Source: Malacoraja senta
Taxonomy: Eukaryota
Length of the DNA stretch: 64,000 bases
NCBI GenBank assembly: GCA_038087875.1
Contig: CM075991.1
Coordinates: 496,001 to 560,000 of the forward strand
Reading direction: 5' to 3'
Shown: positions 40,358 through 52,744 of the stretch, in pieces
Layout of the letters: every line of letters starts with the position of its first letter
Numbering within the stretch: position 1 is the stretch's first letter
Notes under the pieces: model-generated
Databases searched by the model: none
Seen by the model: the letters and a program-made list of their open reading frames with translations, nothing else
Told to the model about the DNA's origin: nothing
Translations under genes and position numbers: made by a program

Positions 40358-43300
40358 TGTATGTATCACCAGAAGACGGTTTACCAAGTGAGAGATTTTT
40401 AACTTTCCTTGAGCTAAAAGACCACTCGGGAGAAAGCATGGCTCATTTTGTGTTTAACTATCTCACCACTGAGCTTGAAATTGACTTTAGAAAATGCCGA
40501 GGGCAGTCTTATGACAATGCTGCCAACATGGCTGGTAGGCACAAGGGTATGCAGCAAATAATCCTCGAAAAAAACAAATTTGCAAGATTCATTCCATGCG
40601 CTGCTCACTCATTATATTTGGTGGGCCGTTCGTTCGGCTGTTGATTGCTGCCTTGATGTAGTGAACTGGTTTGGAATTATCAATGACATTTATACCTTCT
40701 TTTCATCCTCCACACAGAGATGGGCAGTTCTAAAATCATTTTTGCAACCTCAGTCAAAAGTGCCTAAATATTTGTCAGACACTAGGTGGGAGCCACATGC
40801 AAAAGCCACTATCACTGATGCTCTCGGTCATTTGTACTCTGATGTTAATGTGAAGCGCGATCCCAGGCTTCAAGCTAACAATCTTTTGCAGAAAATGGAA
40901 GAACTGGAATTTGTGTTTATGCTGCATTTTTGGACCCGTCTGCTGGGTCATTTCCACAAGGTCAACAAAGCCATTCAGAAATCCAAACTGTTATTGAGTC
41001 ACTTCAAGATTTTGTATGCAAAATTAGAGAAGATTTTAATGAGCTTGAGCAACAAGCAAAGGCAACCTTGCCAGATGTTAACTACACAACTGTCACAGGG
41101 AGACAAATTGATTGATTGATTATACCTTTAATAATCCTTTGCAGGAAATTACAGTGCCACGACAGCTTCAAGACAGACATAACACCACACATTTCCTCAA
41201 ATAGCTTCCATACTTAACAAGTTAAAATACAAGTTAAAATACAATTAATGAAAAAAAAAAGTGCAGTTATTTATGCGCATTATATAACCTTATAGCAGCT
41301 GGTAAACAGGACTTCCTATGTCTCTCAGTTTTGCACATTGGTGCAATCAGTCTCTGACTGAAGATGCTGCTCTTGAGTGGGGTTGGTCATTATTGAACCC
41401 AGTTTGTTCAGAGTTCTGGCCTCTGCCACCTGCTGGACCGTTCGTTGCTCAGCCCCGACCACTGAGCCGGCCTTCCTGATCAGCTTGTCCAGCCTGTTTT
41501 TGTCCGCTATGCGGGCGCCATCTCCCCAACAGGCCACAGCAAAAAACAGAGCACTGGCCACCACTGAATGGTAGACACTGCACAGTAGGGGTTGGCAGAT
41601 GTTAAATGCCCTCAGCCTCCTTAAAAAATACAGTCGGCTTTGTCCCTTCCTGTACACCGCCTCCATATGACACTTCCAGTCCAGCTCACTGTCAAGCTGC
41701 ACACCAAGGTACCTGTGGTTAGCGACCACCTCCACCTCAGTGCCCTTAATGGTGATTGGTGTTGCTTGAGTCCTCCTCCTCCCCCTCCTGAAGTCCACAA
41801 AGAGTAAGGAAATGGCAAGGAAATGATGGAAGTGCACCTGGTCCTGATGCTTTAGATAAACTCTCTTCAAGAGATAAGTTTAGGATAAAATCCTTTATTC
41901 CTATACTAGATGCACTTGAAACCAATTTAAAAAGAAGAGGTACTGTGTATACTGAAGTTGCCCAACAGTTTTCCTTTCTTGCTAATCTGACCGCATCTAA
42001 GCAAGAAATTCAGCAAGGTGTTGAACTGTTGATGGAAGCATACCCAGAAGATGTTGACCTGGAACTTACAGATGAACTTTTGCACTTTCACTCGTACGTG
42101 AGACAAAGCCATAGGCATAGAGAAGAGCACTCTCTGTCTCATACAGACCTTTATCAAATAATATACAAGGAAACAATTCAGATGGCCTTCCCTAGGGGGC
42201 GCTGTCTGTCCTTTCATCTTTTATTTTTTATTTTAGTTAGTAAAGTGTTTTGTTTTGGAGGTCTACACTTTTTTGTGTGGGGGGGGGGGGGGAAGGGGGA
42301 AACCATCTTTCAGGGTCCCTACCTGGCCGGAGAGGCAGCTTTTCTCCGGGCTGCAGCTTCGACCAGTCCTCGCGGCCTACCAGCGGGCCTGGAGCGGCGT
42401 TTCCTGTCGGGGACCGCCCAGAACCTCGGCTTCGGCGGCGGCACAGCGCTGGAGCGCTATCGCGGAGCGGGCGGTGCCTTGCCCGTGTCGCCTCGCTGGA
42501 GCTCCGGTGAGCAGAGGATCGCTGGAGAAAACATCGCGGAGCTGCGGGACTGTGGAACGACCAGCTGCGGGCGGCGGCGCTGAACTTTACACCGGGAGCC
42601 TGGGATCTCTAGATGAGATCGCCAGTTGTGGAGCTCCAACCGGCGCGGCCTTGTTGGCTTCGGAAGCCGCGGCCCCAAGTGCGGAAGCGGCCGTTCCAGG
42701 GTTCCCAGGCCGCTGGGAGGACTCTCCCGACGCCGGAGCAATATCACCCGGCGAGAACGGCCTGGAACATCGGGCCTCCGTAGAGGCAACTGTGGAGGCC
42801 TCAATGGGCCCGACTATGGGTGAACTGGGGTTGGGGACTGGACTTTGTGCCTTCCCTCATGGTGGGAGCCATTGTGGGGGGATGTTCTTTGTGTTAAGGC
42901 TATCTTGGTGTTATGTTTGTATTATGTTATGTTATCTTTCTCTTTCTTTTCTAGGGTCTATTTTCTAACTTTACTTCCTTCTCTAACTTCTTTTCTAAGG
43001 GGCTTTCTTTTCCCAACACTCTTTTGCACTTCACAACCTTTGCGCACTTTCTTCACTTTTCTTACTTCTTTCTTTTTCTTTCTTAAAGTTTAAAAAAGTG
43101 AAGCGGTACAAAAAATGTATTAATATATACGTGTTGTACATTACTGTAATCTACCGTACTTCTATTAAAAATATTTTTAAAAAAAATAAAAAATAAAAAA
43201 ATGTTTGTATTCTATTCTTTTGTGTGCTGCATAATGGCAAGAAGCATTTCACTTCACTACACCTGGGTGTATGTGAATGTGACTAATAAAAATACTTATT

Positions 43301-44108
43301 ATATTATACTTATTATACTAATGTGGAAGCAATCTTGCGGCTGTTTCTTAGCTTAATGGTCACCAACTGCTCGGGAGAGAGGTCTTTTTCAAGACTCAAA
43401 AGAATTAAAAATGAATGAAGGTCCACAATGTCTCAAGGGAGGGTGTCTCCACTGAGCATTCTGTGCATTGAGAATGACAAACTTAGACAAACACATCGTG
43501 GTGAACCTCTGGATGATTTTGCTATGAAGAAGGCGAGGAAAAAAACATTTTTGCCCTTAGTGTATTTGTAGTTTCTTTATTTCTTAATATTCCACATTCA
43601 ATTCAAGAGACTTATTGTCACGTGCACCAATTGGTACAATGAAATTTGGGGGTCACCATCCGATGTCGGAATGGGAGAACATTCTCCGCGGCTTTGACTT
43701 CCGAATCGGCCACTTCCTACCGGAGACCGCGGCTCCCGAAGCCCACAGGATGAGCTGGATGGAGATTCACGCTGGCGGCCCTCGGCAAAGGGATCCCAGG
43801 GCTCCACGATGTTGAAATCAGCGCGGCCCAAGGCTGGGAGCTCCGCAAACCACAGCTCCATGATGTTGAAGCAGCAGACCCAACACTCCAGAGCTTCAAA
43901 CGGTGATCCAGGTAAGGCATCGCCCGCTCCGCGGTGAATCCAATATGTACTTTTAAACCAACTGTTTAATGACAACATACAGTAGGATCTAAAAGTGTCA
44001 CACTGTCACTGTCGGGTAGTCATGGTCCTCTAGTCGTGGGGGTGGGGGATTGGGGGGGGCCTCACAAGTGAAATAGCTTAGCGCCTCTCTTCATCTAAAT
44101 CCAGCCCT
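40358..44108 (+). mobile_element. hAT (ZMYM1/Tip100-like) transposase remnant in three pieces with 3' TIR
   Basis: CRGQSYDNAANMAG, CAAHSL and LSDTRW (40358-41105); middle 41830-42192; dimerisation motif LMVTNCSGERSFSRLKRIKN (43319-43550); terminal taaatccagccctg at 44095-44108. Confidence 0.8.
41107..41800 (-). mobile_element. Rex1/Babar-like LINE 3' fragment inserted in the hAT
   Basis: HRYLGVQLDSELDW...QSRLYFLRRLRAF; (AATC)n tail at about 41107-41121. Confidence 0.75.
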
Positions 44109-44109
44109 G

Positions 44110-44766
44110 CCTGTCGGTTGGCCTGGAGGGAGTTGAGCTGGGATTGCTGCTTCTTCTCCGAGCTAGCTGCGGCCCCTCACAGCCAGCGCCAAGAAAAATC
44201 GGCCACCCCAGCTCAAAAAGGCAGCCTCTCTGCCTCCCTCTCTGCCCCCCCTCTCCCTCTCTACCCCCTCCCTCTCCCTCTCTACCCCTACCCCTCCCCC
44301 TCTACCCCCTCCCCTTCCCCCTCCCTCTCTACCATCCCTCCCTCTCTACCATCCCTCCCTCTCTGCCCCCATCCTCTCTGCCCCCCTCTCTCTCTCTACC
44401 CCCTCTCTCTCTCTGCCCCCCCACTCTCTGCCCCCTCTCTCTCTGCCCCCTCCCTCTCTGCCCCCTCCCTCTCTGCCCACTCCCTCTCTGCCCCCCTCCC
44501 TCACTACCCCCCTTACCCTCTACCTCTCTACCCCGCTCCCTCTACCTCTCTAGCCATGCCTGCACAGTTGGGGGCAATGTGTGAGTGGATGGGGCAGGGG
44601 ATGGGGGGAAATGAGCGAATGAATAATATTAATATAATATCAAGGGGGGGGGTTAGTATGTATGTGTGTAAGGGGTGGTTAATGTGTGTGTGTGATGCCG
44701 CAGGTCGCCCCTCCCCCGCAACCGCGCATTGAGGGGACGGGACCCAACGGGTCCCACTTGATCTAG
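44110..44766 (+). mobile_element. Putative non-autonomous Helitron 3' portion
   Basis: Hairpin GGGACCC-aac-GGGTCCC (44739-44755) followed 7 nt later by CTAG|T. Confidence 0.45.
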
Positions 44767-44781
44767 TCTATCGTCTAGTCT

Positions 44782-44827
44782 ACCGTCCGTCTGTCCGTCC
44801 GTCCGTCCGTCCGTCCGTCTGTCTGTC

Positions 44828-44916
<89 letters not shown>

Positions 44917-45339
44917 GTCTGTCTCTCTGTCTGTCTCTCTGTCTGTCTCTCTGTCTGTCTCTGTCTGTCTCTCTGTCTGTCTCTCTGTCTGTCTCTCTCT
45001 GTCTGTCTCTGTCTGTCTCTCTCTGTCTCTCTCTCTCTGTCTGTCTCTCTCTGTCTGTCTCTCTCTGTCTCTCTCTCTCTGTCTCTCTCTCTCTGTCTCT
45101 CTCTCTGTCTCTCTCTCTCTGTCTCTCTCTCTCTCTGTCTCTCTCTCTCTCTCTGTCTCTCTCTCTCTGTCTCTCTCTCTCTGTCTCTCTCTCTCTGTCT
45201 CTCTCTCTCTGTCTCTCTCTGTCTCTCTCTGTCTCTCTCTGTCTCTCTCTGTCTCTCTCTGTCTCTCTCTGTCTCTCTCTGTCTCTCTCTGTCTCTCTCT
45301 GTCTCTCTCTGTCTCTCTCTGTTTCTCTCTGTCTGTCTG

Positions 45340-45370
<31 letters not shown>

Positions 45371-45391
45371 GTCTCTCTCTGTCTCTCTGGC

Positions 45392-45437
<46 letters not shown>

Positions 45438-45467
45438 TGTCTCTCTCTGTCTGTCTCTCTCTCTCTG

Positions 45468-45528
<61 letters not shown>

Positions 45529-45594
45529 GTCTGTCTCTCTCTCTCTCTCTGTCTGTCTCTCTCTCTGTCTGTCTCTGTCTGTCTCTGTCCGTCC

Positions 45595-45670
<76 letters not shown>
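44782..45670. repeat. Compound microsatellite (GTCC)n-(GTCT/CT)n-(ATCT)n
   Basis: Direct inspection. Confidence 0.95.
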
Positions 45671-45671
<1 letters not shown>

Positions 45672-45984
45672 ATCTTGACCACTTCCGGTCTGTGTTGTTT
45701 TTAAATTTGTGCTAAAACGCTACCCTATATCACTAGGATTACTCGGCACCTTACTCACCGTTCTCCTCTGCTCCAAGCCACCAAGTTTTGTTCCGATCAG
45801 TGGAAGATTACAAAAGTTATGAAGGTTTAAAAAATCGTGAGATCAGCAGATTGGTCTTCTCGCCTGTCATTCACCATGAGGTAATGCCCCTTCCGGCACC
45901 CGCTGGAGTATAAAAACCCCGGAGGCGGGGCTGAGTGCGTCGGCACGTCCAGAAGCCGCCCGTCCAGAAGGGGGCGGGGGCTGT

Positions 45985-46937
45985 GAGTGGCCAGAGGATC
46001 TGGGGTGATGGTGGAACTGAAGAAATCCACATTAAGCAGGAAATGGTGTTGGGTAGATTGATGGGACTGAAGGCTGATAAATCCCCAGGGCCTGATGGTC
46101 TGCATCCCAGGGTACTTGAGGAAGTGGCTCTAGAAATTGTGGATGCATTGGTGATAATTTTCCAATGTTCTATAGATTCAGGATCAGTTCCTGTGGATTG
46201 GAGGGTAGCTAATGTTATCCCACTTTTTAAGAAAGACGGGAGAGAGAAAACAGAATTATAGACCAGTTAGCCTGACATCGGTGGTGGGGAAGATGCTGGA
46301 GTCAATTATAAAAGATGAAATAGCGGCACATTTGGATAGCAGTAACAGGATCGGTCCGAGTCAGCATGCATTACAATGGGGAAATCATGCTTGCGTAATC
46401 TTCTGGAATTTTTTGAGGATGTAACTAGGAAAATGGACAAGGGAGAGCCAGTGGATGTAGTGTACCTGGACTTTCAGAAAGCATTTGATAAGATCCCACT
46501 TAGGAGATTAGTGGGCAAAATTAGGGCACATGGTATTGGGGGTAGAGTGCTGACATGGATAGAAAATTGGTTGGCAGACAGGAAACAAAGAGTAGGGATT
46601 AACGGGTCCCTTTCAGAATGGCAGGCAGTGACTAGTGGGGTACCGCAAGGCTCAGTGCTGGGACCGCAGCTATTTACAATATACATCAATGATTTAGATG
46701 AAGGGATTCAATGTAACATTAGCAAATTTGCAGATGATACAAAGCTGGGTGGCAGTGTGAACTGTGAGGAGGATGCTATGAGAATGCAGGGTGACTTGGA
46801 CAGGTGGGGGGAGTGGGCAGATGCATGGCAGATGCAGTTTAATGTGGATAAATGTGAAATTATCCACTTTGGCATAAAAAACAGGAAGGCAGATTACTAT
46901 CTAAATGGTGTCAAGTTGGGAAAAGGGGAAGTACAAC
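45985..46937 (+). mobile_element. CR1 RT internal fragment
   Basis: [29 protein letters not shown]. Confidence 0.88.
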
Positions 46938-47484
46938 GGAAGCCAAGAGCGAGGTGGGCTGACGGAAAGAGAGGAGGGCCGTCAGCGAGCAAGGAATGCC
47001 ATTGGTGAGCTACCCAGCAAGAATTAAGGGGGGACCTAGTGGGGGTCTGTTTGCTGCCACTTACAGCGCCAGGCAGTAGATAGCACAGTTCGGTGAACTT
47101 TAACATCTTTGTCGGTACCAGAAACACGGCGACACTTGTGGACTGCCGAGGTGAGGTGTGCTGTGTGCTTCTACTGAGTTGTATGCAAAACCAAGCATTC
47201 TTCTGTACCTAGATACATGTGTGTGAAAGTATCATTGAATCATTGACTAGCTCACACAATTTTGGATGTGGGAGGAAACTGGAGGTAGCGGCAGAATCTC
47301 ACGTGGTAACGGCGTGCTATTCGTAAACACGTTTCTGACTGGCACATTGCAAGGTGCAGCCATGCACTTGACCTCAGCACAGCTGCTGCAAAGGATCTGT
47401 GAGGAAGGGGCGCAGCCTCGGGTCCTGGTACCCTTGAACCTGGAGGGGCTGGTGCCAATGCAACTGGTCCTCTAGCCCTTTGTG

Positions 47485-48735
47485 TATGAAGGAACTGCAG
47501 ATGTTGGTTTAAACCAAAGACAGACACAGAATGCTGGAGTAACTCCGCGGGACAGGCAGCATCTCTGGAGAGAAGGAATGGGTGACGTTTCTGGTCGAGA
47601 CTGGTTAGGGATAAGGGAAACGAGAGATATAGACGGTGATGCGGAGAGATAAAGAACAATGAATAAAAGATATGCAAAAAAAGATGATAAAGGGAACAGG
47701 CCATTGTTAGCTGTTTGTTACGTGAAAACAAGAAGCTGGTGTGACTAGGGTGGGGGAGGGATGGAGGAGGAATGCAGGGGTCACTTGAAGTTAGCGAAAT
47801 CAATATTCATACCTCTGGGTTGTAAGTTGCCCAAGCGAAATATGAGATGCTGTTCCTCCAATTTGCGTTTGGCCTCACTCTGATGATGGAGGAGACCTAG
47901 GACAGAAAGGTCAGTGTGGGAATGGGAAGGGGAATTAAAGTGTTTAGCAACCAGGAGATCAGGTAGGTCCAGGCGGGCTGAGCGAAGGTGTTCAATGAAA
48001 CGATCGCTCATTCTACGCTTGGTCTCGCCGATGTATAAGAGTCGACATCTTGAACAGATACAGTAGATGAGGTTGGAGGAGGTGCAAGTGAACCTGAATG
48101 GACTGTCGGGGTTCCTGGACAGAGTCGAGGGAGGAGGTATAGGGACAGGAGTTGCATCTTCTGCGGTTGCAGGAGAAGGTACCTGGGGAGGGGGTGGCTT
48201 GGGTGGGAAGGGATGAGTTAACCAGAGAGTTGCGGAGGGAACGGTCTCTACGGAAGGTGGAAAGGGGTGGAGATGGGAAGATGGGGCTTGTGGTGGGATC
48301 CCGCTGGAGGTGGCGGAGATTTCAGAGGATTACGTGTTGTATTCGACAGCTGATGGGGTGGAAGGTAAGGACTAGGGGACTCTGTCTCTGTTGTGACTAA
48401 GGGGAGGGGGTGCAAGGGCGGAGCTGCGGGGTGTAGAGGAGACACGAGTGAGGGTCTCATCTATGGTGGGAGAGAGGAACCCCCGTTCCCTAAAGAAAGA
48501 GGACATCTCAGATGTCCTAGTATGGAACACCTCATCTTGGGCACAGATGCGGTGTAGATGGTAGAATTGGTAGGGAATAGAGTCTTTGCAGGAAGCAGGG
48601 TGGGAAGAAGTGTAATCGAGATAGTTGCGGGAGTCAGTAGGTTTGTAATAAACGTCAGTTGATAGTCTATTTCCTGTGATGGAGAGATCAAGAAAGGGGA
48701 GGGAGGTGTCGGAGATGGTCCAAATGAATGTGAGT
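47485..48735 (-). mobile_element. Penelope-like element fragment (GIY-YIG C-terminus + pLTR)
   Basis: SDRFIEHLRS...VAKHFNSPSHS...RKLEEQHLIFRLGNLQPRGMNIDF. Confidence 0.85.
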
Positions 48736-48935
48736 AATTATGCTGACTGCTTTTTTGAGGCGGTGTGAAGTGTAAATGGAGTCAATGGTGGGGAGTCTGG
48801 TCTGTGTGATGGACTGGGCTACATACACATCGCTGGCCTTTGTCCATCCATGCCAATTACCCCTTTCACCTGTATACACCTATCACCTATATCCACCTAT
48901 CACTCACCAGGATAGACACAAAAAGATGGAGTAAT

Positions 48936-49327
48936 AGAATTTAGACGATTGAGGGGGGATCTTATAGAAACTTACAAAATTCTTAAGGGGTTGGACAGGC
49001 TAGATGCAGGAAGATTGTTCCCAATGTTGGGGAAGTCCAGAACAAAGGGTCACAGTTTAAGGATAAGGGGGTAGTCTTTTAGGACCGAGATGAGAAAAAC
49101 ATTTTTCACACAGAGAGTGGCGAATCTCTGGAATTCTCTGCCACAGAAGGTAGTTGAGGCCAGTTCATTGGCTATATTTAAGAGGGAGTTAGATGTGGCC
49201 CTTGTGGCTAAAGGGATCAGGGGGTATGGAGAGAAGGCAGGTACAGGATACTGAGTTGGATGATCAGCCATGATCATATTGAATGGCCTACCCCTGCACC
49301 TATTTTCTATGTTTCTATGTTTCTATG
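48936..49327 (+). mobile_element. CR1 3' fragment
   Basis: Nearly identical to 24803-25205; (TTTCTATG)n tail. Confidence 0.85.
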
Positions 49328-49924
49328 TAACTCAGTGGGACAGGCAGCATCTCTGGAGAGAAGGAATGGGTGACGTTCCGGCTCGAGACCCCTGAAGAGG
49401 CTGAAGACTCTGAAGAAGGGTCTCAACCTGAAACATCATCCATTCCTTCTCTCTAGAGATGCTGCCTGTCCTGCTGAGTTACTCCAGCTTTTTGTATCTA
49501 TCTTTGCTTTAACCCAGCTAGTGCAGTTCCTTCCTATCACTCACCAGGCTCTTTCCTGCCCAACCTCTCTTCTAGCTTTCTACTCCCTGCTACAATCAGT
49601 CTGATGAAGGGTCCCGAACCGAAACATCACCTATTCATGTTCTCCAGAGATGTTGCCTGAGTTACTCCAGCACTTTGTGTCGTTATTACTAACCAACTGC
49701 AGGGTGGCACAGTGGTGAAGGTGGAGTTGTTGTCTCACAGTGCCAGGACTCGGCTACAATCCTGACCTCTGGTGCAGCTGTGCAGACACTGAACCATCTC
49801 CCTGTGACTCCTTGTTGTTATTTCAAAGATATAATGATTCATTTATTCAAGTCAAGTCAACTTTATTTGTCACATACACATACAAGATGTACAGTGAAAT
49901 GAAAGTGGCAATGCCACTTTAGAG

Positions 49925-50552
49925 AGTTTATTTGTCACGTGTACCGAGGTACAGTGAAAAGCTTTTGTTGCGTGCTAACCCGTCAGCGGAAAGACAATAC
50001 ATGATTACAATTGAGCCATTCACAGTGTATAGATACATGATAAGGGAATAACGTGAATAACGTTTGGTGAAAAATAAAGTCCAGTGGAGTCTGATCAAAG
50101 ATAGTCCATGTGTCTCCAATGAGGTAGATAGTAGTTCAGTGCTGCCCTCTGGTTGTGGTGGGATGATTCAGTGATAGTCCATGGGTCTCCAATGAGGTAG
50201 ATAGTAGTTCAGTGCTGCCCTCTGGTTGTGGTGGGATGATTCAGTTGCCTGTAAACAGCTGGGTAGAAATTTCCCGAATCTGGAGGCGTGCGTCTTCACA
50301 CTTCTATACATTTTGCCCGATGGGAGAGGGGCCAGGCTGCGACTCGTCTTTGATCATGCTGCTGGCCTTGCCGAGGCAGCGTGAGGTATAAATGGAGTTA
50401 ATGTAAGGGAGGTTGGTTTGAGAGATGGTCTGGGCTGAATCCACAATTTGTTGCAATTTCTTACAGTCTTGGATGGAACTGTTCCTAAACCTTGCTGTGA
50501 TACATAGTGATAAAATTATTTTTATGGTGCATCTGTAGACGTTGGTGAGAGT
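49925..50552 (-). mobile_element. Rex1/Babar-like LINE 3' fragment
   Basis: Same family as 62255-63050; contains an internal duplication of about 72 bp at 50100-50245. Confidence 0.75.
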
Positions 50553-50891
50553 TATTTGTAGGACATAGAATGCAATCAGTACACATCTTTCTCCCCATTC
50601 ATTATCCCATTACATTTTCATACATTACATCAATGCTATTCAAGCATATACCCACCATCTTCTGTGGGGGGAAAAGTTCCCCATGGGGTTCCTATTAAGT
50701 CACCTCTCACCATAACCCTATGCCCATTAGTTCATGATTCCACAACCCTGGGAAAAAGAGCCTGTGCATTCCACCCCATGATTGTATACGATCACTCATC
50801 AACCTCCTGCAGTCCAAGGAATAAAAGATGTGTGAAAAACGGACCTGACACAAAATGTCAGCTCTCCATGTTCTCCAGAGATGAGACACGC

Positions 50892-51190
50892 TGTTTAGTT
50901 AAGAGATTCAGCACGGATACAGGCCCTTTGGCCCACCAAGTCTATGCCGACCAGCGATCCCCGCACACTGACACTATTCTACACACACTAGGGACAACTT
51001 ACAATTTTCACCAAAGCTGATTAACTGTACATCTGTGGAGTGTGGGATGAAGCCGGAGCTCCCAGAGAAAACCCACGCAGGTCACGGGGAAAACGTACAA
51101 ACTTTGTACAGACAGCACCCGTAGTCGGGATCGAACCCAGGTCTCTGGCGATGTAAGGTAGCAACTCTACCGCTGCACCACCATGCCATC
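50892..51190 (-). mobile_element. tRNA-derived V-SINE
   Basis: Same architecture on the - strand. Confidence 0.75.
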
Positions 51191-51477
51191 CATTATTTTC
51201 CCATGACTCCATTATTGTGTGTCCTTTTGTGTAACCCAGCAACTACAGTGCCTTGTTTCTATGTTCAGAATAAAATCCTAGCATGCCCAACCTCTCCCTA
51301 CAGCTCAGGCTCTCCAGCCCCTGCAACATCCTTGTAAATCTTCTCTGCACCTTTTCCAGCTCAATGATATCCTTCCTATACCAGGTAGACTCCAAACTGC
51401 ACACCGTACTCCAACTGTAATCTCGCCAACACACCATACAACTGCAACGTAACGTCCCAACTTCTATACTCAGTGTG

Positions 51478-52265
51478 TGTATGAAGGAACATGCAGATGC
51501 TGGTTTAAACCGAAGATAGACAAATAAAATTGGAGTAACTCAGCGGGTCAGAAAGCATCTCTGGAGAAAAGAAATAGGTGACGTTTCGGGTGGAGACCCT
51601 TCTTCAGACTGAGAGTCAAGGGAAAGGAAAACGAGAGATATAGACGGTGAAATAGAGAGACATAGAACAAATGAATGAAAGATATGCAAAAGAGTAACGA
51701 TGATAAAGGAAACAGGCCATTGTTAGCTGTGGGTTAGGTGAGAACAAGTTACAGACTCAACAAGATGACTTTGAAGCTGGTACAACGGATGTGGGATGGA
51801 GAGAAAGGGGATGCAAGGGTTACTTGAAGTTAGAGAAATTAGAGTTGGAGATGGGACTAGTGGTGGGATCCCTTTCGAGGTGGCGAATATGTTGGAGGAT
51901 TATGTGCTGTTTGTGATGGTTGATGGGGTGAAAGCTAAGGAATAGGGGGACTCTGTCCCTGTTGTGACTAGGGGGAGGGGGGACAAGAGCACAGCTGTGG
52001 GGTACCGAGGAGACACATGTGAGGGCCTCATCTATGATGAAGGAGGGGAATCCCTGTTCCCTAAAGAATGAGGACATCTCAGATGTCCTGGTATGGAACA
52101 CTTCATCTTAGGCGCAGATTGGGCGTAGATGGAGGAATAGGAAGTAGGGGTTAGAGTTTTTGCAGGAAGCAGGGTGGGAAGAAGTGTAGTCTAGATAGCT
52201 GTGGGAGTCAGTAGGTTTATTAAAAATGTGATAGGTTATCTCCTGCGATGGAGACGGTGACATCA
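51478..52265 (-). mobile_element. Penelope-like element fragment, internally deleted
   Basis: FHTRTSEMSSFFREQGFP...PLFLSFHP; 3' region shared with 47485-47800. Confidence 0.8.
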
Positions 52266-52399
52266 AGATCACGAGAGGGCACTACAGGAGGCTTGGTGTT
52301 GGAGCGGTTTTGTACCAGCAGAGAGAGACTTACACACTCGGCTCACATTCACATTGCTGCTCGCCAGTGGTGGAGCTGAAAGTGAGGTGACAGCACTGG

Positions 52400-52706
52400 C
52401 AAGCACCAACACAAGCACACACAAGCACTAACACAAGCACTAACACAAGCACTAACACAAGGACTAACACAAGGACTAACACAAACACACATGCACACAC
52501 ACACTAACACAAGCACTAACACAAGCACCAACACAAGCACCAACACAAGCACCAACACAAGCACACACAAGCACTAACACAAGCACTAACACAAGCACTA
52601 ACACAAGGACTAACACAAACACACACACACACTAACACAAGCACTAACACAAGGACTAACACAAACACACACACACACTAACACATGCACTAACACAAGC
52701 ACACAC
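52400..52706. repeat. 12-bp minisatellite (CTAACACAAGCA)n
   Basis: Direct inspection. Confidence 0.9.
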
Positions 52707-52744
52707 AGAATGAGACCCATTCACATCCCACCAACATGGGTCAT

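Noticed and set aside
44775..45596. 273-aa RE/QT-rich ORF
   Set aside because: Microsatellite translation.
47373..47439. Possible - strand exon
   Set aside because: Weak donor and no PH1 or AFAP similarity.
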